Source: Candidatus Latescibacterota bacterium (lineage in GTDB: Bacteria; Latescibacterota; CBDEFO01). From it: a stretch of DNA of 64,000 nucleotides. The notes below the pieces were generated by a model. It was not told the DNA's origin, did not search any database, and worked only from the letters and a program-made list of their open reading frames with translations. The stretch spans positions 1,376,001 to 1,440,000 of the forward strand of contig CBDEFO010000008.1 in NCBI GenBank assembly GCA_965237525.1, given 5' to 3'. The position numbers and the translations under genes were made by a program. Shown in pieces: positions 30,834 through 41,698 of the stretch. Position 1 is the stretch's first letter, and each line of letters starts with the position of its first letter.

Positions 30834-32086
30834 ATGGAAATATATGAAAGTTGGAGAGTTGCGGGGAGGAAGGTACATTCACTGGGCCACCACGTGCTCA
30901 TGTCCGCGGCGGCGCTGATCTGGGCACTCTCTTTGGTCAGCTGCGACACTCTGTTGACGGATTCGGTTCCAGTAGGGGAGAGCCTGGATGGTGCGTTCGA
31001 GGGGCTTTCGCCTGAGTTAAACGCTATGTTCGCCAGAGGTGATGAGCAGTTCGGCCGTGTCTTTACCGTCTCGGAGGGGTTGGGGCCTATTTTCAACCAG
31101 CCGAGCTGTGAAAGCTGTCATCCCGGGGATGGCCGGGGAACGCCCTCCAGAGCCCTGATTCGTTTCAGCCGTGGAGCGGATCTGGTCCCGGAGTTAGGAG
31201 GACCTCAGCTCCAGGATCATAGCATCCCGGGAGTGCCACCGGAGACACTGCCGCCCGGTGTGGACATATCAGTCAGGATGCCACCGCCGGTCTTCGGGGT
31301 GGGGTTGATCGAGGGGATTCCTGAGGAGACCCTTCTGACGCTTGAAGACCCTGACGATGCAGATGGGGATGGGATCTCAGGGCGTATAAATTGGGTGGAG
31401 GCCGCAGACTTTGTGCCGTCGTATATGGTGGGAGCAGGTCCGGGACTCGCCGTAGGCAGGTTCGGTCGCAAGGCGAACTTCTCCTCCCTGCTTGAGCTGG
31501 ATGTGGCGGCCCATCGTCAGGATATGGCATAACCAGCGACTTTATGCCGGAGGAGACCGTCCATGCCCAATTGGGCGATGTGGTTGGTGACGTGGCTCCC
31601 GATCCGGAGATTTCAGCCTCTGCGGTGTTAGATGTAGTGATGTATCTAAGGCTACTGACACCGCCCAATCGGGGTGAGATCACCGCTGTGGTTCGTAGTG
31701 GTGAAAAACTGTTCATGGAGATCAAATGTGTATCTTGCCACGTGCCAATGTTGAAAACGGGGCCAAGCCCGATCCCTCAGTTAAACCAGGTGGAGGCACA
31801 TCTCTATTCCGACCTTCTGCTGCATGACATGGGGCCAGAGTTAGCCGACAACCGGCCGGACGGGAGCGCCGATGGGTATGAATGGCGCACCCCGCCGCTC
31901 TTTGGACTGCGGCTGGCCGGCGATCCGTTAGGTGGGACTGCGTTCTATCTGCACGACGGACGGACTACGGATCTGGGCGAGGCAATACAACTACACGGAG
32001 GAGAGGCCGAGGCGGCACGAAACAGATTTGTAGAACTCTCAGAGAGCGACCGAAAAGCGCTCATCGCTTTCCTGATGTCGCTGTGA
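30834..32086 (+). pseudogene. Di-heme oxidoreductase (DHOR/thiol oxidoreductase) lipoprotein, frameshifted near 31526
   Basis: LVSC lipobox, CESCH, GRFGRK, QDM|GITS broken by one missing G, CVSCH, YSDLLLHDMG, EWRTPPL, LHDGR. Confidence 0.88.
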
Positions 32087-32098
32087 GAGAGGGACGCT

Positions 32099-32551
32099 AT
32101 GGTACGACCTGAAAATGTCATGACGCGGCGGAAGTTTCTCATAGAATCTGGAGAGATAGTCCTGGCGTCGGGGCTTTCAGTATATGGACTCTCCGGATGT
32201 GCGACTATGTCTGTCTACCACGGTGTCGTTGAGAACGGGCGCATCGTCGTAGATACAGCAGTGTACCCCGAATTGTCTGAGTCAGGGGGTGGAATTCTGG
32301 TAGACTCTGACGGTGCTGCCGGGCCCATTCTGCTGATCAACATAGACGGGACCGCGTTCAGGGCTCTCTCTGCAATCTGCACACACCTGGGCTGTCGAGT
32401 GCGAACTTCAGGAAACTTTCTCCGGTGTCCGTGCCACGGTTCCACGTACGATCTGGATGGAAAGGTGGTGCGGGGACCGGCGCCGAGAGCGCTTCGGATC
32501 TTTGAGACACGGGTGAATAATAGCTTTGTAGATATTATTGTTGCTAAATGA
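32099..32551 (+). CDS. Tat-lipoprotein Rieske 2Fe-2S protein
   Basis: TRRKFL...LSGC; CTHLGC...CPCHGS. Confidence 0.92.
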   Translation: MVRPENVMTRRKFLIESGEIVLASGLSVYGLSGCATMSVYHGVVENGRIVVDTAVYPELSESGGGILVDSDGAAGPILLINIDGTAFRALSAICTHLGCRVRTSGNFLRCPCHGSTYDLDGKVVRGPAPRALRIFETRVNNSFVDIIVAK

Positions 32552-32563
32552 GGAGGAACGATT

Positions 32564-33743
32564 ATGTGTCAACGTGCTGTCTGGTTGGGTCTGTTTATGC
32601 TAATAGGAACGTGGAATCTCCCCCTGTACGCCCAGGAAGGAGTTGAGGAACGTCCGTTCATCAAAGGTGGCGTCTACGACAAGCCCTACTTGTTTAAGTC
32701 ATCTTCGCGGAGGGCTTCAATCGGAGGTTATACCGAGGCGCACTTCCGCTACGAGCGAGAGGAGGGGATCACAGAAGAGCTGACCTTTGTCCCGAAACGG
32801 TTTAATATCTTCACCTTTGCATCCATTTCAGAGCGCTTCAGTACGTCTGCCGAGTTAGAATTTGAAGAGGGGACGGAGGAGATCTTGTTAGAGTTTGGTA
32901 TTGCTGGACTTCGAAGTTCACGAGATGTTTACATTCCGGGGAGGCATGCTCTTGACCCCACTTGGGAAGTTTAACCTGGCACACGACAGTCCAGCCAACA
33001 AGATGACCGATCGGCCGTTAGTGAGCACCCAAATAATCTCGACGACACTGTCGGAGCCCGGCATGGGGTTCTACGGGGCTCTCTACCCGTCGGCCAGATC
33101 CCGCCTGACCTATGAACTCTACGCTGTAAATGGTTTTAACGCCGACATAATCGAAGAGAGTCCTGAGGGGACACGTATCGCGCAGGGGAAAAGGAACGTC
33201 GAGGATAACAACAACAGTCCAGCGTTCACAGGACGTGTGGCGGTCAGTCCGCTTCCGGAGGGAGAAGTAGGAATCTCGTGGCATACAGGCAAGTACAACA
33301 AGACCAGTGAGGAAGGTCTGAAGATAGACGAAGGGCGCAATCTGACCATCCTGGCGATCGACGGGGAGTTCCGTCGCGGCGATCGATACGAGGTATTGGG
33401 GGAGTACGCACGCTCCTGGATAGACCTGCCGACGAGCCTGATGGGGACTATCTTTTCCGAACGGCAGCAGGGCTTATATATTCAGGGGAGCGCCGATTTC
33501 CTGCGGGGCGCCTTCCAATCTCTCCCCCGCTCGTTCTTTGCAGGAGTGGCCCGTTACGGATTAGTTGACTTCGACACGAAACTTAAGGGGGATACCCACA
33601 AACGGCTCACCCTGGGGCTAAATTTCCGGCCGACAGAAGATTCAGTCTTCAAGCTCGACTACCAGTACAACTAGGTCCGGGACCGCCTGGACGTGCGTGT
33701 GACCAGCGCAGCCGTTCTGTTCAGCACGGCAACGTATTTCTAA
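32564..33743 (+). pseudogene. Outer-membrane porin-like protein, paralog 1 (frameshift ~32903 and TAG at 33672-33674)
   Basis: Collinear with 33905-35065; reading through the TAG gives ...DYQYN*VRDR...STATYF, ending in a beta-barrel C-terminal Phe. Confidence 0.82.
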
Positions 33744-33837
33744 ATGAACTACACTCTTTGCGCTGCACGCAGATCAGACGATTTTTACTCATCCAGAACT
33801 ACTACAGGAATGTGAAATCTCCAGACGGAAAAGCACG

Positions 33838-33888
33838 GACAGTCCGGTCAACAAGCTGACCGATCGACTGATGGTGAGAACCCAGATA
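33838..33888 (+). pseudogene. Internal fragment of a third porin paralog
   Basis: Translates DSPVNKLTDRLMVRTQI vs DSPANKMTDRPLVSTQI and DSPLNDLTGRPMVDRQI in the neighbours. Confidence 0.7.
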
Positions 33889-33904
33889 TAAGGAGGGCAT
33901 CAAA

Positions 33905-35065
33905 ATGGACTTAACAAAGCGTGTGGCGTCTGCGGTATTATGCATCTTTGTCGCTTACAGCGGATCAATATGGGCAGAGGAGATTGAAGAGGAGCGTCCG
34001 TCAGTGCCGGGAGGGATCTATGACAAGCCCTTTATACGGCGAGCCGGAAGGGCTACCGCTCTGGGAGGATACATAGACCACGAATTCGAATGGGCAGAAG
34101 ATGGGGATAAGACCTTCGATCAGCATAGGTTTAATTTCTTTACCTATTCTGAGGTCACAGACCGCATTCACATATCCTCAGAGCTAGAGTACGAGCACGG
34201 AGCGTTGGTAAAGGGAAAAGGAGAGACGGACGGCGAAGTGAAAGTGGAGTATGCCAACTTCGACTTTATGGTGGATGAACGTCTGAACTTCCGCGGCGGA
34301 GTCATACTGTCCCCGCTTGGGAAATTTAACCTCGCACACGACAGTCCACTAAACGATCTTACGGGTAGACCGATGGTTGACAGACAGATCATCCCCTCGA
34401 CTTTGAGCGAATCGGGAATGGGAATCTATGGGGTGTTTTATCCAACTGGGCTTTCACTTTTGAGCTATGAGGTGTATGTGGTGAACGGTTTCAACCAAAA
34501 GATTATAAAGGATGATGATGTAAGGATCAGAAGCGGAAGGGGAAGTCAAAAAAACGATAACAACGAGGATAAAGCGGTTGTAGCAAGAGTGAACTTCAGT
34601 CCGAGATTTGGCATGGATCTGGGGGCGTCGGTTCATACAGGGGATTACGATGATGAGGGCAAACACAATCTGACGATTTTGGGTCTGGACGGTACATATA
34701 CCAGAGGAGCCTTAGACCTTTTGGGCCAGTATGCAAGGTCAGAGATAGATATAGATAGGGTCGCTCTGCCGAATGCCGCAGAATCTCAGCAGGGCTATTA
34801 CCTTCAGGCAAGTTATCACTTTCTGCACGAGGTCCTTTTGCCCGGCTCTGTGTTTACAGGTGTGATCAGATGGGACTCCGTAGATTTCGATACGGATATA
34901 GAGGGGGATGATCAGGAGCGCCTGACTTTAGGCTTAAATTTCAGACCTGTGGAAGATTCCGTCTTCAAGTTAGACTGGCAGTTCAATTGGGAGAGGCCCG
35001 AAAATATCAGCACTCGGAGCGAGCCGAAAAACCGCTTCTTTTTCTCTGTAGCCTCTTATTTTTAG
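33905..35065 (+). CDS. Outer-membrane porin-like protein, paralog 2 (intact)
   Basis: Signal peptide, ELEYEH, alternating beta-strand pattern, terminal SYF. Confidence 0.85.
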   Translation: MDLTKRVASAVLCIFVAYSGSIWAEEIEEERPSVPGGIYDKPFIRRAGRATALGGYIDHEFEWAEDGDKTFDQHRFNFFTYSEVTDRIHISSELEYEHGALVKGKGETDGEVKVEYANFDFMVDERLNFRGGVILSPLGKFNLAHDSPLNDLTGRPMVDRQIIPSTLSESGMGIYGVFYPTGLSLLSYEVYVVNGFNQKIIKDDDVRIRSGRGSQKNDNNEDKAVVARVNFSPRFGMDLGASVHTGDYDDEGKHNLTILGLDGTYTRGALDLLGQYARSEIDIDRVALPNAAESQQGYYLQASYHFLHEVLLPGSVFTGVIRWDSVDFDTDIEGDDQERLTLGLNFRPVEDSVFKLDWQFNWERPENISTRSEPKNRFFFSVASYF

Positions 35066-35289
35066 ACAAATTCTATACTCTTAATCAATGTCTACCGCGC
35101 GAGCTGATCAGGGATACCCTATCGTCAGGACAATGTCATACAGCAGGAAACGCCTGTGCAGTGCTTGCAACGCCTTATAATTCTATGCCTTCGTTGCAGA
35201 TTCTTCCCACGGCCCATAGGGGTACACGCTCTAAGTCCTCCACCTTCGGTCTCACACCTTACAGTATAAGTCCAAGACTTCCCAGCTTC

Positions 35290-35423
35290 GAACGGACGAG
35301 CAGAACGTCTGGATAGCGTAATCTAACTCTACCTTAATTCCTCAACGCCCCGCGATGTGAAGACCTGTCCGGGCCGGGAAAGCCCCGCTGTTTAAAGAAC
35401 TCAATCTGATCCTTTCTGAACAT
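35290..35423 (-). pseudogene. Remnant of a phytanoyl-CoA dioxygenase-family N-terminus
   Basis: MFRKDQIEFFKQRGF..P, then in a shifted frame VFTSRGVEELR. Confidence 0.45.
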
Positions 35424-35494
35424 CGCATCTATCTCCCTTCATTCTGTAGACAGTAGACAGGGCACTGTCTCTCATCCCCTAACTCCACCAGATA

Positions 35495-35519
35495 GTAGAA
35501 CAGACATTCTTGTCTGTTC
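35495..35519. repeat. GTAG-type REP, CAGACATTC(C/T)TGTCTG subtype
   Basis: GTAGAACAGACATTCTTGTCTGTTC; doublet of the same type at 42897-42971. Confidence 0.7.
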
Positions 35520-35606
35520 CTTCCAAAGGTTCTTCCAATAATTCTTGGGGACAAAAGCGCAGCAATCATATATTTTACCATCAGGAGATCTATCAAAGAT
35601 CAGCCA

Positions 35607-36761
35607 TCACTTACAGACCAGTTCCCTCGGTAGATCGGTGAGGACTTCACATCCGTCATCTGTGATCACGATGGTCTCACTGACGGTGGCGCCATATTTC
35701 CCGGGGTCGCGAATAGAGGTGGTGCAGTGAAACGCCATGCCCGACTGTAGCATAGTATCGTCGCCCTCTGTGATAGCAGTGGAGCAGTCGCCCCATTCGG
35801 GTGGGAACCCTATGCCGATGGAGTAGGCATAGCAACCGTGCCAGATAAAGTGGGACGGCAGCCAATCCAGACATCTACTTGCCTTTATGGCGACCTCGTC
35901 GCCTGAGATGCCGGGCTTGGCGTTCTGGATGACCGTATTTACACTGTCGCGACAGGAGTCGGCCGTCCGTTTGACTATATCAGGGGGTTGGCCGATGAAC
36001 ACAGTGCGCATAATTGGCGCGCTGTAGCGGTTGATGCACGCTCCGAACTCCATGAAGATGGGATCGCCCTTTTTGATCTTTATCCGGCGGTGGGTGGAGT
36101 GAGGGATTCCTGAACGCTCGCCGACTGTAACTATAGGATCGTAGCACATATATTCGCTTCCACCGCCGATCATGACCTCGTATCCTGCCAAAGCCAGGTC
36201 GTTGTCTGTCTTCCCCTCTCCTGCGACCTCGATGGCAGCCTGCATTCCAGCACTGCTCAAGTTTGCCGCCTGGCGGATGTACTCTATCTCAGCTTGGGAC
36301 TTGATGACCTTTACCAGTTCCACTGTGCCGCTAACGTCTACGAAGCTGACATGGGGCAACAGATCTAACAGACGAAGATAATTCGTAACCCTGAGGCCGC
36401 AGGATCCTAACTCAATTCCAACTTTCGCCTCGGCAAGACCGCGATCGTAGAGCAGCTTTCTCGTAGCTTCGATGTAATCCTCTCCTATTCCGTAAGTGAC
36501 GCACGCGTCCAGCCACGATCCTAACGCGGCGTTGTGCGACTCAAAGTCCTGACTCAACAGGACAGGATCGCCCTCTTTCGGCACCAAGACCATGAAGTAT
36601 TTATGCGCTCCGATCGTCTGAATCCCGGTCAGATAACAGATATTAGGAAAGGTGTGGCACAGCATAACGTCTAGATCTTTTTGGGCCATGATATTTTGAA
36701 CCTTTTTCACCCGTGAACGGTATTCGTCCACAGTGAACGATAGGTCTTTTGCGATCGGCAT
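35607..36761 (-). CDS. M24-family Xaa-Pro peptidase/creatinase-like hydrolase
   Basis: IKSQAEIEYIRQAA, IPHST, RYSAPIMRT, YSIGIGFPP, VSET. Confidence 0.88.
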   Translation of the reverse strand: MPIAKDLSFTVDEYRSRVKKVQNIMAQKDLDVMLCHTFPNICYLTGIQTIGAHKYFMVLVPKEGDPVLLSQDFESHNAALGSWLDACVTYGIGEDYIEATRKLLYDRGLAEAKVGIELGSCGLRVTNYLRLLDLLPHVSFVDVSGTVELVKVIKSQAEIEYIRQAANLSSAGMQAAIEVAGEGKTDNDLALAGYEVMIGGGSEYMCYDPIVTVGERSGIPHSTHRRIKIKKGDPIFMEFGACINRYSAPIMRTVFIGQPPDIVKRTADSCRDSVNTVIQNAKPGISGDEVAIKASRCLDWLPSHFIWHGCYAYSIGIGFPPEWGDCSTAITEGDDTMLQSGMAFHCTTSIRDPGKYGATVSETIVITDDGCEVLTDLPRELVCK

Positions 36762-36948
36762 AGAATTGCTCTCCTTATGTAATGACGGCGACCCTTAGCC
36801 TGCTAACCGAATAGATGCCTCTCGGTGAGCATAAGATAAAGAAAGGCTATGTCTAAAGTCAAGATCAAAAGTCAAAGGTTTGAATCTGACGTTCGCAGGC
36901 GTGGGGTTATCTCTCCCTTACATTTGGCTGACATTAGTAGCTTCGTCC

Positions 36949-36977
36949 TTGACAAACGAAGAATTTAGAACTATATT
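36949..36977 (+). promoter_or_regulatory. sigma70-type promoter
   Basis: TTGACA-N17-TATATT. Confidence 0.7.
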
Positions 36978-37031
36978 CGTAGCTCGTAATCTCCATTTGG
37001 TATTCAACCATAATCCTTATGGAAGTGCGCC

Positions 37032-38345
37032 ATGATCATCAAAAAAGCTGCGGTATTATTACTATCCATCTTTTTTATAGCATCCTCCTCCTTCTCATCC
37101 CCGACCCCAGATTTAATCGGGGAACGGACGGTGAACCTTGCAGTCGTGGACGGGGCCATCGGTCCCACATCGGCCGAGTTCATAGTCGAGGCCATAGAGA
37201 CATCCGAATCGGATGAGGCAGAGTGTCTGATAATAGAGTTGGACACTCCGGGGGGACTGGACGCCTCTATGCGCGTCATCGTCAAGAGGATAATGGCGGC
37301 TGAGGTGCCCGTCGTAGTCTATGTCTTTCCCAGTGGGTCCCGAGCTGCGTCGGCGGGGGCATTTATAATGCTGGCTGCACACTTTGCAGCTATGACGCCG
37401 GGGACCAACGTGGGCGCGGCCCATCCTGTGCAGATAGGCGCCGGAGGGGCGTCAATGGACACTACTTTAGCGGAAAAGGCCACAAACGACGCTGCGGCTT
37501 ACATCAGGACAATAGCCGAAAAGCGCAATAGAGACATCGAGTGGGCTGAAGACGCAGTTAGAAAGAGCGTCTCTGCAACCGAGAGCGAGGCGTTGGAGAT
37601 AGGGATCATCGATTTTGTGTGTGAGGATGTATCTGCGCTCTTGGATTCCCTGGACGGAGCGGAGGCCGAACTCCCATCATCAACGAGAACGCTCCAGACC
37701 AAGGGAGCAGAGATAAAAGAAATCCAGATGGGGCTAAGACGCCGGATTCTATCGGCTATCTCCAACCCCAACATCGCCTACATACTGATGATGCTCGGTA
37801 TCTACGGCCTTATCTTCGAGCTTTCAAATCCCGGAGCGATCCTCCCCGGAGTTGTGGGAGGCATATGCCTTATCCTGGCGTTCTTCGGCTTACAGACACT
37901 CTCTGTCAACTATTCCGGGTTGCTCCTAATCGCCTTTGCGGTGATCCTTTTCATAGCAGAATTAAAGACTCCCACTCACGGAATCCTGACCGTGGGAGGG
38001 ATCATATCTTTGACTTTAGGTTCTTTAATGCTCTTTGAATCTCCCGAACCCTTCTTGAGGGTCTCGTGGAAGGTGATAATTGCGACTGTTAGCTTTACCA
38101 CTCTTTTCTTCATCTTAGCTGTAGGCATGGGTCTCAGAGCGCAGAAAAAGGAGGTGTTTAGCGGATCGGAGAGCCTTTTGGGAAGGATCGGTGAGGCAAG
38201 AACCGACATAAAGGGCAAGGGAACGGTATTTTTGATGGGCGAACACTGGAACGCAGAATCGGACCTCCCCATATCCAAAGGGGACAAAGTGAACGTAATC
38301 AGCACAGATCGCTCCGTGTTAAAGGTCTCGAAGATTGAGACGTAA
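37032..38345 (+). CDS. nfeD: NfeD-family membrane-bound serine protease
   Basis: LDTPGG, RAASAG, GAAHPV, TM bundle and C-terminal OB fold. Confidence 0.93.
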   Translation: MIIKKAAVLLLSIFFIASSSFSSPTPDLIGERTVNLAVVDGAIGPTSAEFIVEAIETSESDEAECLIIELDTPGGLDASMRVIVKRIMAAEVPVVVYVFPSGSRAASAGAFIMLAAHFAAMTPGTNVGAAHPVQIGAGGASMDTTLAEKATNDAAAYIRTIAEKRNRDIEWAEDAVRKSVSATESEALEIGIIDFVCEDVSALLDSLDGAEAELPSSTRTLQTKGAEIKEIQMGLRRRILSAISNPNIAYILMMLGIYGLIFELSNPGAILPGVVGGICLILAFFGLQTLSVNYSGLLLIAFAVILFIAELKTPTHGILTVGGIISLTLGSLMLFESPEPFLRVSWKVIIATVSFTTLFFILAVGMGLRAQKKEVFSGSESLLGRIGEARTDIKGKGTVFLMGEHWNAESDLPISKGDKVNVISTDRSVLKVSKIET

Positions 38346-38384
38346 GCGAGCGACTAGAACAACCAGAAAAGAGAGGATAAAGCC

Positions 38385-39146
38385 ATGCCGAATTGGGGTT
38401 TTGGATTGATAGTTTTGATACTCTTTGCCATTGTTATCCTTTCAGCAGCAATACGGGTCTTAAGGGAGTACGAGCGCGGCGTCATCTTCAGATTGGGCAG
38501 GTTGATAGGAGAAAAGGGCCCGGGTCTAATATTTCTGATCCCCATAGTTGACAGGATGGTGAGAGTATCGCTGAGAGTGGTAGCTGAGGATATCCCAGCA
38601 CAGGACGTTATAACCAAAGATAACGTCACTATAAAGGTGAACGCTGTGCTCTACTTCCGCGTTATAAGGGCCCAGGAGGCCATAGTCAACGTGGAGAATT
38701 ACGTCGTCGCCACGTCCCAGATGGCGCAGACGACTCTAAGGAGCATCCTGGGTGAACACGTATTAGATGACCTCTTAGCCAACAGGGAGATGATAAACCA
38801 GAGGCTCCAGCAGATCATAGACGAGCGTACAGACGCCTGGGGGATCAAGGTATCGGCGGTGGAGGTAAAGACTGTGGACTTGCCTCAGGAGATGCAGCGC
38901 GCTATAGCCAAGCAGGCAGAGGCAGAGCGTGAAAGGAGAGCCAAGGTGATTCACGCGGAGGGCGAGTTTCAGGCGGCGGAGAGATTAACTCAAGCAGCAG
39001 GCGTCATCGCTCAGGAGCCCGCCGCCCTGCAGCTTCGATACCTTCAGACTGTTACTGAGATTGCGGTCGATAAAAATACCACTTTGATCTTCCCCTTGCC
39101 GATGGAACTAATACGCGGGCTCTTCCCTGATAGGAAAGAGGAGTAG
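38385..39146 (+). CDS. SPFH/stomatin (slipin) family protein
   Basis: [39 protein letters not shown]. Confidence 0.95.
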   Translation: MPNWGFGLIVLILFAIVILSAAIRVLREYERGVIFRLGRLIGEKGPGLIFLIPIVDRMVRVSLRVVAEDIPAQDVITKDNVTIKVNAVLYFRVIRAQEAIVNVENYVVATSQMAQTTLRSILGEHVLDDLLANREMINQRLQQIIDERTDAWGIKVSAVEVKTVDLPQEMQRAIAKQAEAERERRAKVIHAEGEFQAAERLTQAAGVIAQEPAALQLRYLQTVTEIAVDKNTTLIFPLPMELIRGLFPDRKEE

Positions 39147-39316
39147 ACAGCACATCTCCTCTCCTATCTGACTATTGTTTACTTGCCTTTCCAAATGGGC
39201 GAACGCATTGTGAAAAGCCTACGGGTTTGCTCTCTGCCATTATCTGCAGGGCACTGGTCAGCCCAGACCTTGGGGCGAGCAAACCTCGCCCCTACATCTG
39301 TCTAATATTTTTCCGT

Positions 39317-40186
39317 ATGATCTTGAAGATAAGAGACAGCAAACTTTCTGCTAAGTCCTTCGACAGAGTGCTGAAAGACCTGAACGCCTCAATGCGCAAC
39401 GGGAATGATCGCCATAAGGTGATAGTGGATCTTGCCAATGTGGATTTCATAGACCCCTACGGCATGGGGATGCTCTGTCTATTGGGCCGCTATCTGTGTG
39501 AAAGGTTCGACAGAGTCGTCTTGAAGTTGCCCGAAGTCGGTCCTATCAAGAGCTACCTGGGGCGGATGAAGATCCTGAAGGCCATAAGCGATTACGCACA
39601 GGTGGAAGGCAGAGAATGGGGGATGGAATACACCGAAGGTCCCGCCAACGAAGCCCTCCTGGAGGTGACCGAAATACATAGCTCCAGGGATGTGGAGTCC
39701 GTCTTACAGCTTATAAATCGCCGCGTGGATTCGATCCTGACCGAAGAACTTCGATATACGATCAAGGAGATAACTGAATTTAAGAACGCCTCCGCTGAAC
39801 TCTGTCACAATGTCCTGGATCACAGTGAAAATTGGGGATACATATCCGCTCAAAGGTACACCGACCAGAAAGAAAGGAAATTTGCGGTAATCTCTGTGGT
39901 AGATCTTGGAATCGGGATAAGGAGAAGTCTATCTTCGAGGTTCGATGTCTCAAAATGGAGCCATGCAACCGCTATATTGAACGCTTTGAAGAAGGACATC
40001 TCAAGAGATCCGACACGGGGCTTGGGCCTCTACGTGGTCAGGAGAACCTGCGCAGAACACGGAGGGAGTCTGCACATAAGGTCGGGAGATGCGAGGGTCT
40101 ATATAAGGGGAACTAATGTCTATAGATACGAATCCGTCCCCTTTCCGGGCACGCAGGTTTGCATAACTCTCTATCAAAGAGAGTAG
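39317..40186 (+). CDS. STAS-like domain + GHKL/HATPase (anti-sigma-type kinase-like)
   Basis: DLANVDFIDPYG; N box ELCHNVLDH, G1 DLGIGI, G2 RGLGL, G3 PGTQV; no HisKA or TM segment. Confidence 0.82.
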   Translation: MILKIRDSKLSAKSFDRVLKDLNASMRNGNDRHKVIVDLANVDFIDPYGMGMLCLLGRYLCERFDRVVLKLPEVGPIKSYLGRMKILKAISDYAQVEGREWGMEYTEGPANEALLEVTEIHSSRDVESVLQLINRRVDSILTEELRYTIKEITEFKNASAELCHNVLDHSENWGYISAQRYTDQKERKFAVISVVDLGIGIRRSLSSRFDVSKWSHATAILNALKKDISRDPTRGLGLYVVRRTCAEHGGSLHIRSGDARVYIRGTNVYRYESVPFPGTQVCITLYQRE

Positions 40187-40267
40187 ACAGCGGACCGTTT
40201 CCCCCTAAGCCGTCATTGCGAGCGAAGTGAAGCAATCTGGTAGACATCTGGAAAGCGCATTTTCATG

Positions 40268-40343
40268 CTTAATGTTAAGAAGTCTCAGAAAATGCTTGAC
40301 ATCCGAAGTATTTTTTTTATCTTTATAGTTTAATTAAATTAAG
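40268..40343 (+). promoter_or_regulatory. Internal promoter with TTAA-rich palindromes
   Basis: CTTAATGTTAAG at 40268-40279; TTGACA 40296-40301; TTAATTAAATTAA at 40330-40342. Confidence 0.5.
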
Positions 40344-40369
40344 TGAAACTGAACAAGTGGGGGAAAACC

Positions 40370-40924
40370 ATGCTTAGTCATGCCCAACCCTATGTTGTTA
40401 CTTCAGATATTACCATTCTAAGTGGAAGGAAGAAGGGGCAGGAGATTCTGGACGACCTGATGGCGCACATAGCAAGAGCCGAAGCGAACACAGTCGTCCC
40501 GCTTAATTTTTCAGGTATAGAATTTTTGGATATCTCCTGCGCCGACGAATTCCTGACCAAGCTCCTATTGAGGCTTAAAAGCGGTGAGTTAGGATCTAAA
40601 TTCGTCTTCATAGTCGGAGGCAACCCTTCAGTCAAAGAGACCATAGGGGCGGTGCTTAAGATAAGGGACCTTGCCGTCCTTTTCAACGGAGAGGGAAAGA
40701 TCGAGATAATGGGAGACTTAAAGCCTCCCAACAGGGAGGCTCTGGAGATACTACTGAAGAAGAAGAAACTCACATCAACTCAACTATCTCAAGCCCTGAA
40801 AAAGAACATCAACATCGCCTGCAACAGGCTCAACGCCCTTCAGAAGATGGGACTGACCTATAGGGTGAAAGACACGAACGTCCAAGGAGGCGGCAGACAG
40901 TACTATTATGAGTCTATTGTGTGA
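40370..40924 (+). CDS. STAS-like (DUF4325-type) domain + winged-helix DNA-binding domain
   Basis: LNFSGIEFLDISCADEF; LTSTQLSQAL...ACNRLNALQKMGL...GGRQYYY. Confidence 0.8.
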   Translation: MLSHAQPYVVTSDITILSGRKKGQEILDDLMAHIARAEANTVVPLNFSGIEFLDISCADEFLTKLLLRLKSGELGSKFVFIVGGNPSVKETIGAVLKIRDLAVLFNGEGKIEIMGDLKPPNREALEILLKKKKLTSTQLSQALKKNINIACNRLNALQKMGLTYRVKDTNVQGGGRQYYYESIV

Positions 40925-40936
40925 TGTACAAGACAA

Positions 40937-41644
40937 ATGATCTTTGCAGATCGGACAAGACTGTCAACATTTAGGAGAAAGATGTCAGAGAAGGAAGAGA
41001 ATAGGAAAGCAAAGTTAGAGATAATGGAGGCATACTTTACCCGCATGGCGCGGAGAGCGGGCTTTCTTGTCGAACTAGATAAAGACGGTCACACTGAGGA
41101 GGCCCTGCTTCTTTGTTGTTGCTACATTGAGAGCATGGGGAACTATCTGTACGGGCGAGAGAAGGGGAATCGCAAAAACTTTGTGCGTATCTTAAAAGAG
41201 TATGGCCAACAAGAAGTGCTCTGGCACATCTGTCCGAAGCTACTACGGATGAAGCTTGCAAAGGATAATTGCAAACGGATCCAAGAAATAGGGAAGACGC
41301 TTGTTGCTGTGTTGACGAGGGCTGAGGGAACGCTCTATACTGAGGATGATATCCTTGCCCTTGTTAAGCCAGTTATAAACGCAGTGGAGTTCAAAGAGCT
41401 AAAGGAGAATCTTTGGCGTTCAAACTTAGCGGCTATTTCTTACGAAATACTACGCAATCCCCTCGTCCACGAGATGAGCGGAAGCACTGGAATCACGTTT
41501 GGTGAAGCAACTTTCAGGGGGAATCTTGTAGGCACTCTTAACTTTTCACATTTCTACCCCGCGCTGCAGCGAATTCTTGTGGCGATGAAGGACCTTTCAC
41601 TTGATTCAGGGAAATGGTTTGGGCATGAAGTTGCTGACTCTTGA
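40937..41644 (+). CDS. Hypothetical protein with HEPN-like Rx4H motif
   Basis: ALLLCCCYIESMG helix and YEILRNPLVHE; the true start may be ATG 40982. Confidence 0.6.
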   Translation: MIFADRTRLSTFRRKMSEKEENRKAKLEIMEAYFTRMARRAGFLVELDKDGHTEEALLLCCCYIESMGNYLYGREKGNRKNFVRILKEYGQQEVLWHICPKLLRMKLAKDNCKRIQEIGKTLVAVLTRAEGTLYTEDDILALVKPVINAVEFKELKENLWRSNLAAISYEILRNPLVHEMSGSTGITFGEATFRGNLVGTLNFSHFYPALQRILVAMKDLSLDSGKWFGHEVADS

Positions 41645-41698
41645 CAAATGAAGAAAAGGCATCTTGAGTTGAAGTAAATCAAAAGGAAGCCAACGAAA

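Noticed and set aside
33672..33674. Pyrrolysine or stop-codon recoding
   Set aside because: Aligns to Trp (TGG to TAG) in a gene that also has a frameshift; TAG is a normal stop elsewhere in the window
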